This document shows positions 50,701 to 60,805 of a DNA stretch of 64,000 bases, one piece after another; position 1 is the stretch's first letter; the number at the start of each line of letters is the position of its first letter. Origin of the DNA: a virus. Below the pieces are notes generated by a model. The model was not told the origin of the DNA, made no database searches, and saw nothing but the letters and a program-made list of their open reading frames with translations. The position numbers were made by a program, and so were the translations under genes. Where the stretch lies: IMG/VR virus record IMGVR_UViG_3300013126_000012, positions 64,001 to 128,000 of that record; one strand, 5' to 3'.

Positions 50701-51380
50701 AATTCTTCTACAATCCAACATTTAAAATCTGTAACTATATTTTCTGTTAATGGTTCATATAATTTAATGTATATATATTCGCCAATAACTACCGTATTAA
50801 CAATAACTGCAGTTTGATTTCTACTAAAATTTAGTAAATATGATTTATAAAATTGTTGAGTAGGCGATGTTGGATTTACTGACTGAATAAAATTAACAAT
50901 CTGTTGTGCGTATATTGGATTATCAACATCAATTGCACGTAATCGAATCTCGGTTCTATCAGGAGATATTTCATCGATGCGCAAATATTGTTCATTATAA
51001 TCGCCAATCAGCGTTTTAAAGAAATTAACTGCAATTCTAAAATTACCTGCTGATAATTTTAAGTTATTAAATTCTTGCGAAATGTTAATTGCAATCGGCT
51101 GCGAAGGAAATCGAATCGGAGCTTTAGTATTTTGATCTACATAGTTTGGTATTTTAGATTGTAAAAGTATTTGATGATTACCCGTAATCCAAGTATCGCC
51201 AGCATATACATGAAACTCAACTTTAATATCCGATGATTGATTTGCAATATCCGGAACATGTATAAATTTTGTATCTAATGCAGAACTAAAAAATTCAGTT
51301 TTTGATTTTGCAATTCGTTCGCCTGTAGTAGATTTAGACGCTGATACAATTTGATTGATATTTTTATATTGCGTTAGCAT
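47793..51380 (-). CDS. Large baseplate wedge-like protein
   Basis: 1195 aa; LLKSKGTKRSIQALLSCYG resembles gp7/tail P2_I-type wedge proteins; LamG-like ELRLW segment. Confidence 0.6.
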   Translation of the reverse strand: MLTQYKNINQIVSASKSTTGERIAKSKTEFFSSALDTKFIHVPDIANQSSDIKVEFHVYAGDTWITGNHQILLQSKIPNYVDQNTKAPIRFPSQPIAINISQEFNNLKLSAGNFRIAVNFFKTLIGDYNEQYLRIDEISPDRTEIRLRAIDVDNPIYAQQIVNFIQSVNPTSPTQQFYKSYLLNFSRNQTAVIVNTVVIGEYIYIKLYEPLTENIVTDFKCWIVEELKPTYIDKVAITPIIPQKSFNQLANPNWYANATFNTSAETGLRAWNDLLGSSTQTSQQIVDTYFSGSLSGIKLNIDYSDFNNFIFYSSATERVSNFKYKLELIEFYASQSLVASQISGSVATTNVADFENKKSNLIGGFDNFEQFLYYQSSSILTSNPIPSEFATVTELTGSYILPAPKTNSTRPYTLASTTSSAFISWYDGVYASASLYDTLNYNALVYALPEYIRFDALSDGITTFVNMLGQHYDILYTYINHMTRINKREENPKLGMPNELLYSVAKQFGWTLTDGNQSQELWQYVLGTSETGVPLTGSNSVGDPSVPGQDITYAIWRRIVNNLPLLLKSKGTKRSIQALLSCYGIPQSLISIKEYGGPRLERAPIYEKLNFDYALDLSSSAAGTVTVNYAQPIQSVELRFRTDDVITNPTLPSTMNLYTIGSNVVTIDFSSGTLGTIQINGTGSGNIEMFNGDWISTLLRTTGSKLEVVAKKSKYGKIVAAVSASATASFATTGTLTLGSTSAGASRLYGQLQELRLWTSSLSDSPFNNHVKAPGAYDGNVDAYSELVFRLPLNQKINHSLTSSLQGSQPATSTISASFASWTQNTPYDSLEETYYYDGISLGAGTYDDNKVRIEQNELVGVLDIKTRAERSQFDKAPLDSKKLGVYFSPQTMIDEDVIAQFGFTDLDQYIGDPGNADLNSYPQLIQAAQSYWKKYQNKNDINAYISMFTLFDLSFFRQLEQLLPARTDKMVGLLIQPNILERSKDTILPVIERFDSTYTASLQNVSPVANGEYSLYTASFDGNILSIAGLDDDQWQAYITGGDATYNSTPYSYEYVLRSGSSWITASSPYWLSDALQPVYLNSILSEYRFTSESTQYITSSVSIGYYGTGSYGSSSYTFSSTNRFTGSFARVQDYLPTGIDNQRYSGCKMSSPGFNINSTQTIDGGPVAEWSSANPNQLIYQSYGDQGSFVLAR

Positions 51381-52239
51381 TTATCTCCTGATTCCACAGA
51401 TCTACATTTTTACTTGCATCTGATATTACCCAATATGATTGTAATGCATTTATTGTATGATATTGTGTATTATTGTTTTGTCCCGCTTTAGCGCCTATTC
51501 CAAATCTATCACCTATTTCAAAATCTGCATTTGGAATAATAATATCAACTTCTAAATCTTGAACTTCGTATTGATTGATAGATCCTGGAGTATTAGGCAC
51601 ATACTGCGATGTATTTTCAAAAGTTTGAAATTCTCGATTTAAACCCTGTTCGCCTGTTTTGATTAAAGAAAAATATGCAGTACCAAATCCACTTGGTGCA
51701 TCATAACGATGTTGCAATTTAATTCTAAAGCGTAAATCTATCCCTGAGTTTTTAATTTCTTTTGTTATAGTATATGTGTTTGGCGTTTGTTGTGGCAAGC
51801 CTTCTTGTACATCATCCATTAATATACCAGCATAATCCGGAACTGCTAAAATTTTTCTATCTTCACTAGGACGGTATCTTGCAAATACTGGATCTTGTAA
51901 TTCTACTTGCAAATCTAAATCAAAATCTAAATCAACGGCTTCTTCTTCTATAATCGTAGTTCGAGCAGGAAATTTAAAATATCTAAATTGCGTATCTAAA
52001 ACCTTAAGAACAGATGCATTAGTAAATCGTTCGGTTACTGAATCAATTATTAATAACGGATTATTTGTATCATTTTCTTGCAAAACAATATTACCTACTT
52101 CATCTCTAGGAATGATGTTAGTATTATTTGAAATGTAGTTTAATCCTTGGCGTTGATATAACGATTGAATTTGTCCATCTACCGAATTTGGTAACGAACT
52201 ATTAACAACTGGTGATTTTTGTGAATCATTTTTTGCCAT
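51364..52239 (-). CDS. Hypothetical structural protein
   Basis: 291 aa, coupled within the baseplate operon. Confidence 0.65.
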   Translation of the reverse strand: MAKNDSQKSPVVNSSLPNSVDGQIQSLYQRQGLNYISNNTNIIPRDEVGNIVLQENDTNNPLLIIDSVTERFTNASVLKVLDTQFRYFKFPARTTIIEEEAVDLDFDLDLQVELQDPVFARYRPSEDRKILAVPDYAGILMDDVQEGLPQQTPNTYTITKEIKNSGIDLRFRIKLQHRYDAPSGFGTAYFSLIKTGEQGLNREFQTFENTSQYVPNTPGSINQYEVQDLEVDIIIPNADFEIGDRFGIGAKAGQNNNTQYHTINALQSYWVISDASKNVDLWNQEINANAI

Positions 52240-53438
52240 TATCTAACTACTTTAAAATATATTTGATCATTTACATATTGTTCTGTAAATCCATCTACAA
52301 TTTTTAATTCTAAACGATAATAACGTTCCGGCATAAATCCATTCATATCAATATAAATGAAATTACTTGTATCATCGCAACTAACTTTATTATAAATATT
52401 ATCGTATGGAATAATAGCTTCATCCGTTAACGCATCAAACACTGCGTAATATGTTGTATTTGGTAAGTAATTAACAGTTTCTATAGGAAATAAATTAGTA
52501 GGAGATTTTTGTGGATATTTATCGCGAGCATATATACGTATTTTTGCAATCTCAGTATCTTTATATTGAGGTTTTAACTGCGTATATATAACATATGACT
52601 CTAAATCTGCCTGCGTTAATGAACCCGTTGTAAACGTAGTATTATCAAAGTACATCGTTATTTTAGGAACATAAATAGTATGTGTTTCTCTACTATAAAA
52701 TTTAATACGACCAGCAACTGCGTTATCGGATTCGTCTGAATCAGAAAATTTTAATATAAATCCATTATTTTCTATAGTTCGTCCGCCACTACCACTTAAC
52801 CACATTTTTATAGCATCGGTTACATCCATATTGATATCAGTAGTTCGATACGAAAATGATTCGTTTGTTTCTAAACCAGGTTGAGCAAAAAATACTTGAT
52901 TAAAATTAGATATATTAAAAAATCCACTACCAGATTGCCATAACCAACTACCACCAGCTCCTGATCCAGAAACATATAAAGAAGAACTATTTACTTGTAT
53001 TTGTTGTGAACTAGAAATCCACAAACTACCTGACATAGCATCTAACGACCAAGATGTATATGGTTTAGCCCATTGTACGCCATTACTTACAACTGGAGAA
53101 GTGTTTAGTGTGCCCGTACCATTAATCCATGGTTGTGCAACTACTTTTGCATCAATTGTATAATCGCTAGGTAAATTTTGTGCTTGTGTTGTAAATAATT
53201 GCAACATAAACTTACAATTATTTAAATCAGCTGAATATTTTTGTAATGCATCTTGAATTTCTTGCATATCAAATTGCACTAAGCATCTAGATTTTAATAA
53301 AGTACTTCCATCGGTATCTAAGTATTTACCAACTTCTAGTATTTCATCTAAACCGGTATTAGTAACAGACAGTGCACTACTAGTAGTAGCACCTTCATAT
53401 AAAGTTGCATCTTTACTTGCATAGAATATTCTAAACAT
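52239..53438 (-). CDS. Hypothetical structural protein
   Basis: KDATLYE...NTGLDEILEV...SRCLVQFD; Ser-rich; in the baseplate operon. Confidence 0.65.
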   Translation of the reverse strand: MFRIFYASKDATLYEGATTSSALSVTNTGLDEILEVGKYLDTDGSTLLKSRCLVQFDMQEIQDALQKYSADLNNCKFMLQLFTTQAQNLPSDYTIDAKVVAQPWINGTGTLNTSPVVSNGVQWAKPYTSWSLDAMSGSLWISSSQQIQVNSSSLYVSGSGAGGSWLWQSGSGFFNISNFNQVFFAQPGLETNESFSYRTTDINMDVTDAIKMWLSGSGGRTIENNGFILKFSDSDESDNAVAGRIKFYSRETHTIYVPKITMYFDNTTFTTGSLTQADLESYVIYTQLKPQYKDTEIAKIRIYARDKYPQKSPTNLFPIETVNYLPNTTYYAVFDALTDEAIIPYDNIYNKVSCDDTSNFIYIDMNGFMPERYYRLELKIVDGFTEQYVNDQIYFKVVR

Positions 53439-53446
53439 AAATTACC

Positions 53447-53863
53447 TTAACTGCCAGAGCCCGTACTAATCATCAAATAACTACCGCTTCTCCATAGTTG
53501 ATTTACAACTGCTGGATCTGTTGTGGGTAGTGATGCAGTATACATAAATACGGTACCTTGTGTGATAAAATTACTAGAAACAGATACATAATTAAATGAA
53601 CCCGAAATGGTACGAACTGATGAACCTGAAACATATGATGATGTTGCAGCATATGATGAACTAACAGCATTTAATACATAAGAAGCTGTAGTGGCAGTCC
53701 CTAGTAAACTACCGGTAATGCTACCTGTAACAATTAATGAACCAGATATTGAAACTGATTCGGTTACGTTTCCGGTAAAAACATCATATAAATCTTTAAC
53801 AAAACTAGCAGAAATTAATCCACCAGCAACAATTTGTGAACGATTTGTATTCAATACGCCCAT
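53447..53863 (-). CDS. Small Ser-rich fibre-like protein
   Basis: ITGSLLGTA.TASY module shared with 12567-14306; LPTTDP...QLWR C-terminus. Confidence 0.65.
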   Translation of the reverse strand: MGVLNTNRSQIVAGGLISASFVKDLYDVFTGNVTESVSISGSLIVTGSITGSLLGTATTASYVLNAVSSSYAATSSYVSGSSVRTISGSFNYVSVSSNFITQGTVFMYTASLPTTDPAVVNQLWRSGSYLMISTGSGS

Positions 53864-53895
53864 TATAATCCTTTTTACATATAAATATAAAAGGA

Positions 53896-55776
53896 CTAAT
53901 AATTTACAACTCTTCCTTTGATATCTCGATTTGGAAATTTAACTTCAAAAATACTAGGATCGAGCGATGGATAAATAACGCCATTTCTAGTAGCAGTAGT
54001 TAAATCATAAACATTTCCAGAATAACCTAAATCACTATCATATAAATTTGCAAGCGATACTCCAACTACACTTTGAACGCCTTTTACATTGGCTAATGTT
54101 GTAGTAACATCTGATTTTATAATAGGTTGATTTATTTGCCATCTATCAACACTAAATAAATCTTTCATTGCATTAATACAACGCAACAATACTTCATTAC
54201 TATTATAATTAGGTAACGCTGAAACTTCAAAAGAAACACCGACATTAATAATAAAGGCATCCTTAATATTAACGGCATCTGTTAACATTCTATAGTAATT
54301 TAAATATGTTTTTAAATTTTCCTTTACAGATTGATTTAGCGTTGTTAATTGTTTGCTTTCATTAAATCCTAATACATACATATTCATTGCTAATGGATTA
54401 AGTATTCTGCTACTTTCTAAATCTTGTTGAGAAATTTGATCATCCGGAACAATATACGCTTTTGCAACGCTACCATATTTAGATGGCATTGAATACGCTC
54501 GAATAATATAATCTTCGCGTGTTACTAAACGATTTTGTGTCGCAAAATTAGCCATTGCATTGTTTTTAATGTCTTGCAATGTGTCTGCAGTTTTAGCGCC
54601 TGATGCTAGATTTGGATTATTTACTGCAATCGTAGTTTTAACAAAATTTGTTAACGGAACACTATTTGATGAATTAACATCATCGTTATATTGAATAAAG
54701 TCGACTTTTGTTAAAACATTTGTCGGAACATTATCAGCAATTCCATTTCCTACCGTATATGTGACAGTTAAAGTTGTATTAGCAGGAGCTTGTCCATAAG
54801 TACGAGTATATAAAAAATTCGATGGATCAATATCAACATCCACTGCACGTCGCACACTCGTCAATCCATTTCCTACATTATCTGGATTCGGTACAATTTC
54901 TTCATCATTGTTATCAGATATACCTGCACCAAATTGTAATTCTAATTTATTATCGCTTCGCAATCTTGCCACATATCGTTTTGCAGTTTTACGTAATTTT
55001 AACAAACTAGGAGATGATGACCTGTATTGATATAAATCTGGATCATTTTCTAATAAATTAGGAACATCTTCAAAAATAGTGTCTTGTGCTAAAAATGGAA
55101 CTTGATACCAATTATCGCCATCTGATTCTTCTACTGAAATAATTTCGATGATATTAGTATCTGGTAAAACTACTTTATCATATGCAACAGGTGTTGTAAA
55201 ATCAAATGTAGCAGTTTTAATATCACCCGATACTGCTCTTACTTGTTTTTTTAACAAATAATATAACGGTAAATTTGTAGCAGGATCGGTTTCATATATG
55301 GTAACTTCTGTTGGATCAATTGAAGATGAAAAATCAAAATCAATACTATCCAATGTGCGAAATACAGAAGGTCCATTATTTTGTTTAACGCGCATTCCAG
55401 GTTTAATTGATAATGCATAATTGTAATCTGGCGCAACATTCGAACCCGATCCAATTGATGGTACTAGTTGAAATATATCCAACGTGACATATGCAGGAAC
55501 AACATTATTCGGAGTATATCCTAATGACTTTGCAATATCATATATATTAGCCCGTTCTGATGCTTGTTCTAATAATGATTCCTTAAGATTATTATCAGCA
55601 TAATACGATAAAACATCGCCAACATACGAAGCTAGTTCTAAAAAAATCATTCCAGGTGCAGCTTCATTAAAGTCACTATATGTTGTAGGAAAATATTGTT
55701 TAGTAAAATCAATCAGATTTTGTCGTAATTGTCCAAAATCTTTTCCTAAATATGATACGTCTTTTTTTGTTTCCAT
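53896..55776 (-). CDS. gp6: Baseplate wedge protein (gp6/baseplate J-like)
   Basis: KDFGQLRQNLI...YSDFNE...SYVGDVLSYY, LQFGAG, QNRLVTREDY. Confidence 0.88.
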   Translation of the reverse strand: METKKDVSYLGKDFGQLRQNLIDFTKQYFPTTYSDFNEAAPGMIFLELASYVGDVLSYYADNNLKESLLEQASERANIYDIAKSLGYTPNNVVPAYVTLDIFQLVPSIGSGSNVAPDYNYALSIKPGMRVKQNNGPSVFRTLDSIDFDFSSSIDPTEVTIYETDPATNLPLYYLLKKQVRAVSGDIKTATFDFTTPVAYDKVVLPDTNIIEIISVEESDGDNWYQVPFLAQDTIFEDVPNLLENDPDLYQYRSSSPSLLKLRKTAKRYVARLRSDNKLELQFGAGISDNNDEEIVPNPDNVGNGLTSVRRAVDVDIDPSNFLYTRTYGQAPANTTLTVTYTVGNGIADNVPTNVLTKVDFIQYNDDVNSSNSVPLTNFVKTTIAVNNPNLASGAKTADTLQDIKNNAMANFATQNRLVTREDYIIRAYSMPSKYGSVAKAYIVPDDQISQQDLESSRILNPLAMNMYVLGFNESKQLTTLNQSVKENLKTYLNYYRMLTDAVNIKDAFIINVGVSFEVSALPNYNSNEVLLRCINAMKDLFSVDRWQINQPIIKSDVTTTLANVKGVQSVVGVSLANLYDSDLGYSGNVYDLTTATRNGVIYPSLDPSIFEVKFPNRDIKGRVVNY

Positions 55777-55777
55777 G

Positions 55778-56233
55778 TTATGATACCGTTAATTGATTAT
55801 TTTCAACAAATATAGTTACGGTAGGATCTTCTGCTACAATCGAAGCTGATGGTACATTGAATGAAATTGATACTTTTATTTCATATGATAAATTTGGATC
55901 ATCTTCCGCAGTAACTATATCAATGTTAGTTATATTAATATATGGCAACCAATAAGAAACAGCATCTGTTATAATTTCTGTAATTATAGGTTTAAGATTT
56001 GCAAGATTTGGTTGAAATAATACTTGAGGTAAATCAGTACCAAAATTTGGTTGATTAATACGTTCACCTTTATATGTTAAAAGCAAATTTTTCAAATTGC
56101 TAATAGCTTGTTCTAAACTAGTAACCGTCGATGATATTATGCCAGTTGTTCCATTAAATGGCAATTTTATACCAATTGCTCCATTCGGATTTGTTTGACT
56201 TATATCATTAACATTTACTATTTGATATGGCAT
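55778..56233 (-). CDS. gp25: Baseplate wedge/sheath initiator
   Basis: NLKNLLLTYKGERINQPNFGT. Confidence 0.9.
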   Translation of the reverse strand: MPYQIVNVNDISQTNPNGAIGIKLPFNGTTGIISSTVTSLEQAISNLKNLLLTYKGERINQPNFGTDLPQVLFQPNLANLKPIITEIITDAVSYWLPYINITNIDIVTAEDDPNLSYEIKVSISFNVPSASIVAEDPTVTIFVENNQLTVS

Positions 56234-56757
56234 TATTTACCTTTCTTATTATTAATTGCTTTCATTAAAGCTGAATAATCTCGAGTCATTGCTTGTTGTA
56301 CTTCTTGCGGCACTTCGAATACCTTACCTGTTTCAGGATCTTCCATAACTTTAGGAGCAGCCGGCGTTATTCCCATTGCTTCTTTCATGTTTTGTCGCAT
56401 CGCCCCAAAATTAACGGCATCTCGAGATGTCATTCTAATTTCGTCCATCCCTTCATTCATAATGTCTTTAAAACTATTCATAGCCATGGGCTCTTGTTCC
56501 GATAAGCTGTCAGTTTCATTCAAAATATCTGCCCAACGATTTTCAGTAAAAAGTACTTTTTGTTTTTTTCCTGATTCGCTAACCATTTTAGGTTGAACTT
56601 GTATTACTTTATTTACATCTACTTTAGCTTGTTTTTTAGGCTGTGACATTTCTGAAATCGTAGATTGTAATCCTTCGCGAAGAATTTCGGTTAATTCTTC
56701 TTTTATAACTTCTCGTACAGCAACTTTAAGTGCTTTTACTAATGTTTTGGTATCCAT
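56233..56757 (-). CDS. Hypothetical protein
   Basis: AVREVIKEEL N-terminus; late promoter upstream. Confidence 0.75.
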   Translation of the reverse strand: MDTKTLVKALKVAVREVIKEELTEILREGLQSTISEMSQPKKQAKVDVNKVIQVQPKMVSESGKKQKVLFTENRWADILNETDSLSEQEPMAMNSFKDIMNEGMDEIRMTSRDAVNFGAMRQNMKEAMGITPAAPKVMEDPETGKVFEVPQEVQQAMTRDYSALMKAINNKKGK

Positions 56758-56784
56758 ATGATTACTTTTATATAAATATTAGGT

Positions 56785-57621
56785 TTAATAAATTATGCCC
56801 GCGGGCCATACGGTGTCGGAAATTTTAGGCCCATATATAGTACGCGTAGTTTGATTTATAAAATAATCGCCTTCTTTTCCTTGATCTGTTTGTGGTTGTT
56901 CGTTAGACGTTCCTACGATAACCCGACTAGGAGCTTCTAGTAAATCTAATAAAGATCTTTGATCTTCTTGCAACTGTGCGATTAAATCTTCTCGCAATTC
57001 AATATCAGATTCTGATACGTTTATTAAACGATAAAATTCAGATTCTATAGTAGATGTATTTGTAACTTCATTATTAATTGCATCAATTGCATTTTTTGTA
57101 TCTTGATTAACTGCAAATGTTTCTGAATTACAAATAGCCGATATAGAGTTAATTACAGTAGCAAGTAATCCTGATGCTAATGCTACAGCTCCACTGATTA
57201 CCGCTAAAATAATTGATGCTTGTGTCAAAGCCTTTGCAATATTTGCAACCAATTCATTTTGAACTGCTAATGCCTGACTAACAGCGGGCGGCGATGGGAT
57301 TGGTAAAGCAACTTGTCCATTAATTATAACTGCAGCAATTTGTGCTGCAACTGTTAGAATAGGAATAATAATATTTAGAATGCGTAAAATATTTTGAATT
57401 TGTGCAATATAACGTTGAATTTGTTCTAATATTTGTTTGATTTCTTTGATCCTAGGATCATCGCATGAAATATTATTTTTAGGTAATACATTTGATTTAC
57501 CAATAGCTTCAGAAACTTTTTGATTTAATTTAGAAACAACCTTGTTTAATGCAGTTTGCAATTTATTTATTGCAGCACCTGGTTTATTTGTAAGTTGATC
57601 AAACGGAAATGCAACAGCCAT
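56785..57621 (-). CDS. Hypothetical helical protein following the spike gene
   Basis: 278 aa with hydrophobic helices; C-terminal GKEGDYFIN...IYGPK. Confidence 0.7.
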   Translation of the reverse strand: MAVAFPFDQLTNKPGAAINKLQTALNKVVSKLNQKVSEAIGKSNVLPKNNISCDDPRIKEIKQILEQIQRYIAQIQNILRILNIIIPILTVAAQIAAVIINGQVALPIPSPPAVSQALAVQNELVANIAKALTQASIILAVISGAVALASGLLATVINSISAICNSETFAVNQDTKNAIDAINNEVTNTSTIESEFYRLINVSESDIELREDLIAQLQEDQRSLLDLLEAPSRVIVGTSNEQPQTDQGKEGDYFINQTTRTIYGPKISDTVWPAGIIY

Positions 57622-57622
57622 A

Positions 57623-58591
57623 TTATGTCTTTGTTATTTTATATTTTTTACTATTCAATGTTAATAATAAGTTTTGTATTTGAGACAATAACGGTGCTGC
57701 ATTAGTAACTCCGGGAGCACCACCCGGACCTGTAGTACCCGCTGCAATTGCTTGAACTATTAACTGTAGTATTTGTTGCAAAACTAAACCATGTGATAAT
57801 GGCTCCGATGCATCTTCGCCCCCAATGTAAATTTCATTTGGAGTATTTAAAATAATGCCATCTTGGGAATCAATTACAGCTACATCTCGTTTAGCTCGTA
57901 GTATAATACGATCAGCAACGCCAATAAACTGTGCACCGGTAAATATTCCGTTATGCACTGTTAAATTTTTTGTTAATTGTAATGATCCAATTTGTTGAGT
58001 ACTAGTTAAGTACAATGATGATGCATCATCTTTAACTGATTCAATTGTATATGAATCTTTTTTATAAGATCGGCCGTTAGATAAAATAATTATAGGATCG
58101 CCATTTTGCGAACTATCCCAATTTGGTCGTATAGAATATTGGCCGCCTTTTACTGTACTAGTTAATCGAATACTATTTCCAAAGCGACCTTCGATAATTG
58201 AATCGCCTTGAAATGGTTGTAATGCTGAAACTTCTTTTTCTTGAAACGATAATTCCTGAATGTCTGCAACATCTACTGTAGAAACGCCTTGCAATAAGTT
58301 TGCATTGACACTAGAATTTAATGAAAACGAAGAAACATAATACCATTTGACATATTGAGTTTCAGCCGTATTATCTGGAGTTAATCCACTAACTAATAGA
58401 ACATGTTCGCCAATTAATGGTATTTGTTTTGTATTAATATTAAATGGTATAGCACGTACGATTTGTTGATCAAAATAGTTGGTATATGTTTTTACAAAAA
58501 TTTCAAATTGATTTTCCACAACATATTCATATGTAGCAGATTCAGGAACTGAAATTACTTCGCCAACATGAAATTGAACATTATGATCCAC
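57623..58591 (-). CDS. Baseplate central spike-like protein (gp5-like)
   Basis: PLIGEHV, GDSIIEGRFGNSIRL, SSLYLTS and a TTGPGG tip-like end. Confidence 0.65.
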   Translation of the reverse strand: MDHNVQFHVGEVISVPESATYEYVVENQFEIFVKTYTNYFDQQIVRAIPFNINTKQIPLIGEHVLLVSGLTPDNTAETQYVKWYYVSSFSLNSSVNANLLQGVSTVDVADIQELSFQEKEVSALQPFQGDSIIEGRFGNSIRLTSTVKGGQYSIRPNWDSSQNGDPIIILSNGRSYKKDSYTIESVKDDASSLYLTSTQQIGSLQLTKNLTVHNGIFTGAQFIGVADRIILRAKRDVAVIDSQDGIILNTPNEIYIGGEDASEPLSHGLVLQQILQLIVQAIAAGTTGPGGAPGVTNAAPLLSQIQNLLLTLNSKKYKITKT

Positions 58592-59018
58592 TCGAATCCT
58601 TTTTTGCTTTATCCATTGATGATTCTATACGCTGTTTTAATGCTGCAGATTCTTGTTCGATTGAATCCAATTCATCAGTTAATTCTGCAGACAATGTTTG
58701 TTCCGCAACACGAAGCAATTGTTGTTTTTCTTCGTCACTCAATAAACTATCAGCGCCTGATATTGTTTGTTTTGTAGAAATATAACGTTGAACAATTGCA
58801 GTTAATTTAACTAGATGATCGTCATTTTTAACTGCAACATCTAAATATTCTTTAATTAACGGAACAATAATTGTAGCATCCGATGCATTTTTTATTAATG
58901 GTTGCAACTGTGCAATAAGCTGATTTATTTGTCTATCTTTCTTTTTTGAATTATGATAAACATCGGACATTAAATCGGCAAAGGTAGTTCCTTTGAATAA
59001 TTCATCATTCTTGTCCAT
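58581..59018 (-). CDS. Hypothetical helical protein
   Basis: Start moved to ATG 59018 (MDKNDE), downstream of the late promoter variant at 59034-59042. Confidence 0.7.
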   Translation of the reverse strand: MDKNDELFKGTTFADLMSDVYHNSKKKDRQINQLIAQLQPLIKNASDATIIVPLIKEYLDVAVKNDDHLVKLTAIVQRYISTKQTISGADSLLSDEEKQQLLRVAEQTLSAELTDELDSIEQESAALKQRIESSMDKAKKDSSGS

Positions 59019-59041
59019 ACAAAAACCCTTTAAAATAAATA

Positions 59042-59743
59042 TCAAAAAGGCAATTTTATGAAGTTTGATTGTTCATATTCACGAAATTTATCTTCGTAAA
59101 TTTGTTTTAAAACTTTAACTACCCGCGTAATATTTGTTGTTTCTAAATTAGTACGCTCGCGAATTAAGATATATAATGCTTTTTTATTAAAATCTTCAAT
59201 ATATTCTCTAGTCTCAAAAATATGCAAGATTGAATCAGCAACATGTATATCGGTTGCTGTAGAAAAAATATAGTTTAGATTATCATAACAATATTGAACG
59301 TATGCATTCATAAAATATTCTAGAATTTCACGCATTTCATCATTATGAATTTCTGCCATAATGTTGCGTTGTTCATCAATATTAATTTCTAACGAATTAG
59401 ATTTTAATTTAGAATAGCCTTTTTGATTTTCTGCAATTAGATAATTAAATGAAGTTCTAGTATAATAAGAATATGCTTTACCCGCATTTGGATTAAATTT
59501 GTCTAATCGAGCTGTTAAATAAGTAACTAAATCGGTTTGCAAATCTTGAAACGAAGAATCGATATAATCAGGCTTAACTTTGTTGATGATATTTTCAGAC
59601 ATTTTCATGAAAGCCGGATAAATAAATCTACGATAAATTTTTTCTCGTTGTGCTATATTTTCTGACTTATTATAAGCCGATATTGCAAAATCTGTTATTT
59701 TAGTAAAATATGATTTACTTTTCTTCGCTCTGGCCATTGTCAA
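59042..59743 (-). CDS. Phage sigma factor, gp55-like late transcription factor
   Basis: YFT...AI..YN start and region 2-like LDKFNPNAGKAYSYYTRTSFNYLI. Confidence 0.65.
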   Translation of the reverse strand: MTMARAKKSKSYFTKITDFAISAYNKSENIAQREKIYRRFIYPAFMKMSENIINKVKPDYIDSSFQDLQTDLVTYLTARLDKFNPNAGKAYSYYTRTSFNYLIAENQKGYSKLKSNSLEINIDEQRNIMAEIHNDEMREILEYFMNAYVQYCYDNLNYIFSTATDIHVADSILHIFETREYIEDFNKKALYILIRERTNLETTNITRVVKVLKQIYEDKFREYEQSNFIKLPF

Positions 59744-60011
59744 ATTCTTCTTTTAGTTCATTAATAACTTGTTTAAGTAAATCAAATGTAGTTCCCGCTT
59801 CATCTTCAGCTTCAAATGCCCCTAATCGGTCAATTTGTTTCATTACATTATATGATTTTTCAATGCGTTCAAACATGAAACTATTTGTTGTTTCCAATTG
59901 TTCAATATAATCCTGAGCATCAGCTAATGCACCAGCAAGAAACCATACTCGGTAGCCTAAATATGACCCTGCACCGATTAGCAATATTGTTGTTATGATA
60001 AAAAATAACAT
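59715..60011 (-). CDS. Membrane-anchored hypothetical protein
   Basis: N-terminal hydrophobic helix; 98 aa. Confidence 0.7.
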   Translation of the reverse strand: MLFFIITTILLIGAGSYLGYRVWFLAGALADAQDYIEQLETTNSFMFERIEKSYNVMKQIDRLGAFEAEDEAGTTFDLLKQVINELKEEFDNGQSEEK

Positions 60012-60012
60012 A

Positions 60013-60789
60013 TTATTCCTCGTTAAATGCTTTAAAAATATCCGTTAATGACTGTTCAACACCTGGATTATTTTCAGCTAAATTCTTTAGTCCTGTTGAT
60101 TTTTGGACACGATTTTTTTCCGCAGCTGGTTTGGGAGATTCTTTGTCTTTATTTCTCCAACGTTCAAATTCAATTTGTGCTGCCATATGATCTGCATGAT
60201 GCAAAATGATAGGAAGATTTGTTTTCAATTTGGCTTGTGCCGAGCGAGCAACAAAATATGGTTTATTTGCTTCATCATACATTCCATCGTGAATCTTAAT
60301 TGCTTGATATTCCGTCCAAGACATTTTAACATCATATTCTTGTAGCAACCAAATTGAAAGATCTGGTACCATGGTAAACGGAATGTTTTCATTGTGACGA
60401 TACATTTTATTTTGATTCTTGCGATGCCAATCTGAAGTTTCTATTTGATATACTTCATTACCTTCGCCCGGAAATCCTACTTTGCCCAAATCATGATGCA
60501 TTGCAGCAAAGCGAAGTTCTTCAATAGTATAACCAGACATATCCGCACCCATCTCATTCCAAGATTCATAAAGTTTCTCAGCACATGCAATAACTCGAAG
60601 TACGTGATCTACATATCCTCCGGCAAATGCATTATGAAAATGAGCTATCGAAGATGCTGGCATCATTGCTATGCGATCTTCAAATTCATCATACATTTTA
60701 TTTAATTCTGTTTTGCGGGTAGGAAAATAAGTATTTACTAATTTGCGATACTGTTCCCAGTTTGATTTGATTTTTTCTGCTTGTAACAT
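60013..60789 (-). CDS. HD-domain phosphohydrolase (YhaM/Cbf1-like HD domain)
   Basis: PAS...HNAFAGGYVDH, HHDLGK, HDG, LHHAD. Confidence 0.88.
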   Translation of the reverse strand: MLQAEKIKSNWEQYRKLVNTYFPTRKTELNKMYDEFEDRIAMMPASSIAHFHNAFAGGYVDHVLRVIACAEKLYESWNEMGADMSGYTIEELRFAAMHHDLGKVGFPGEGNEVYQIETSDWHRKNQNKMYRHNENIPFTMVPDLSIWLLQEYDVKMSWTEYQAIKIHDGMYDEANKPYFVARSAQAKLKTNLPIILHHADHMAAQIEFERWRNKDKESPKPAAEKNRVQKSTGLKNLAENNPGVEQSLTDIFKAFNEE

Positions 60790-60805
60790 AACTTATTATA
60801 TTGAT

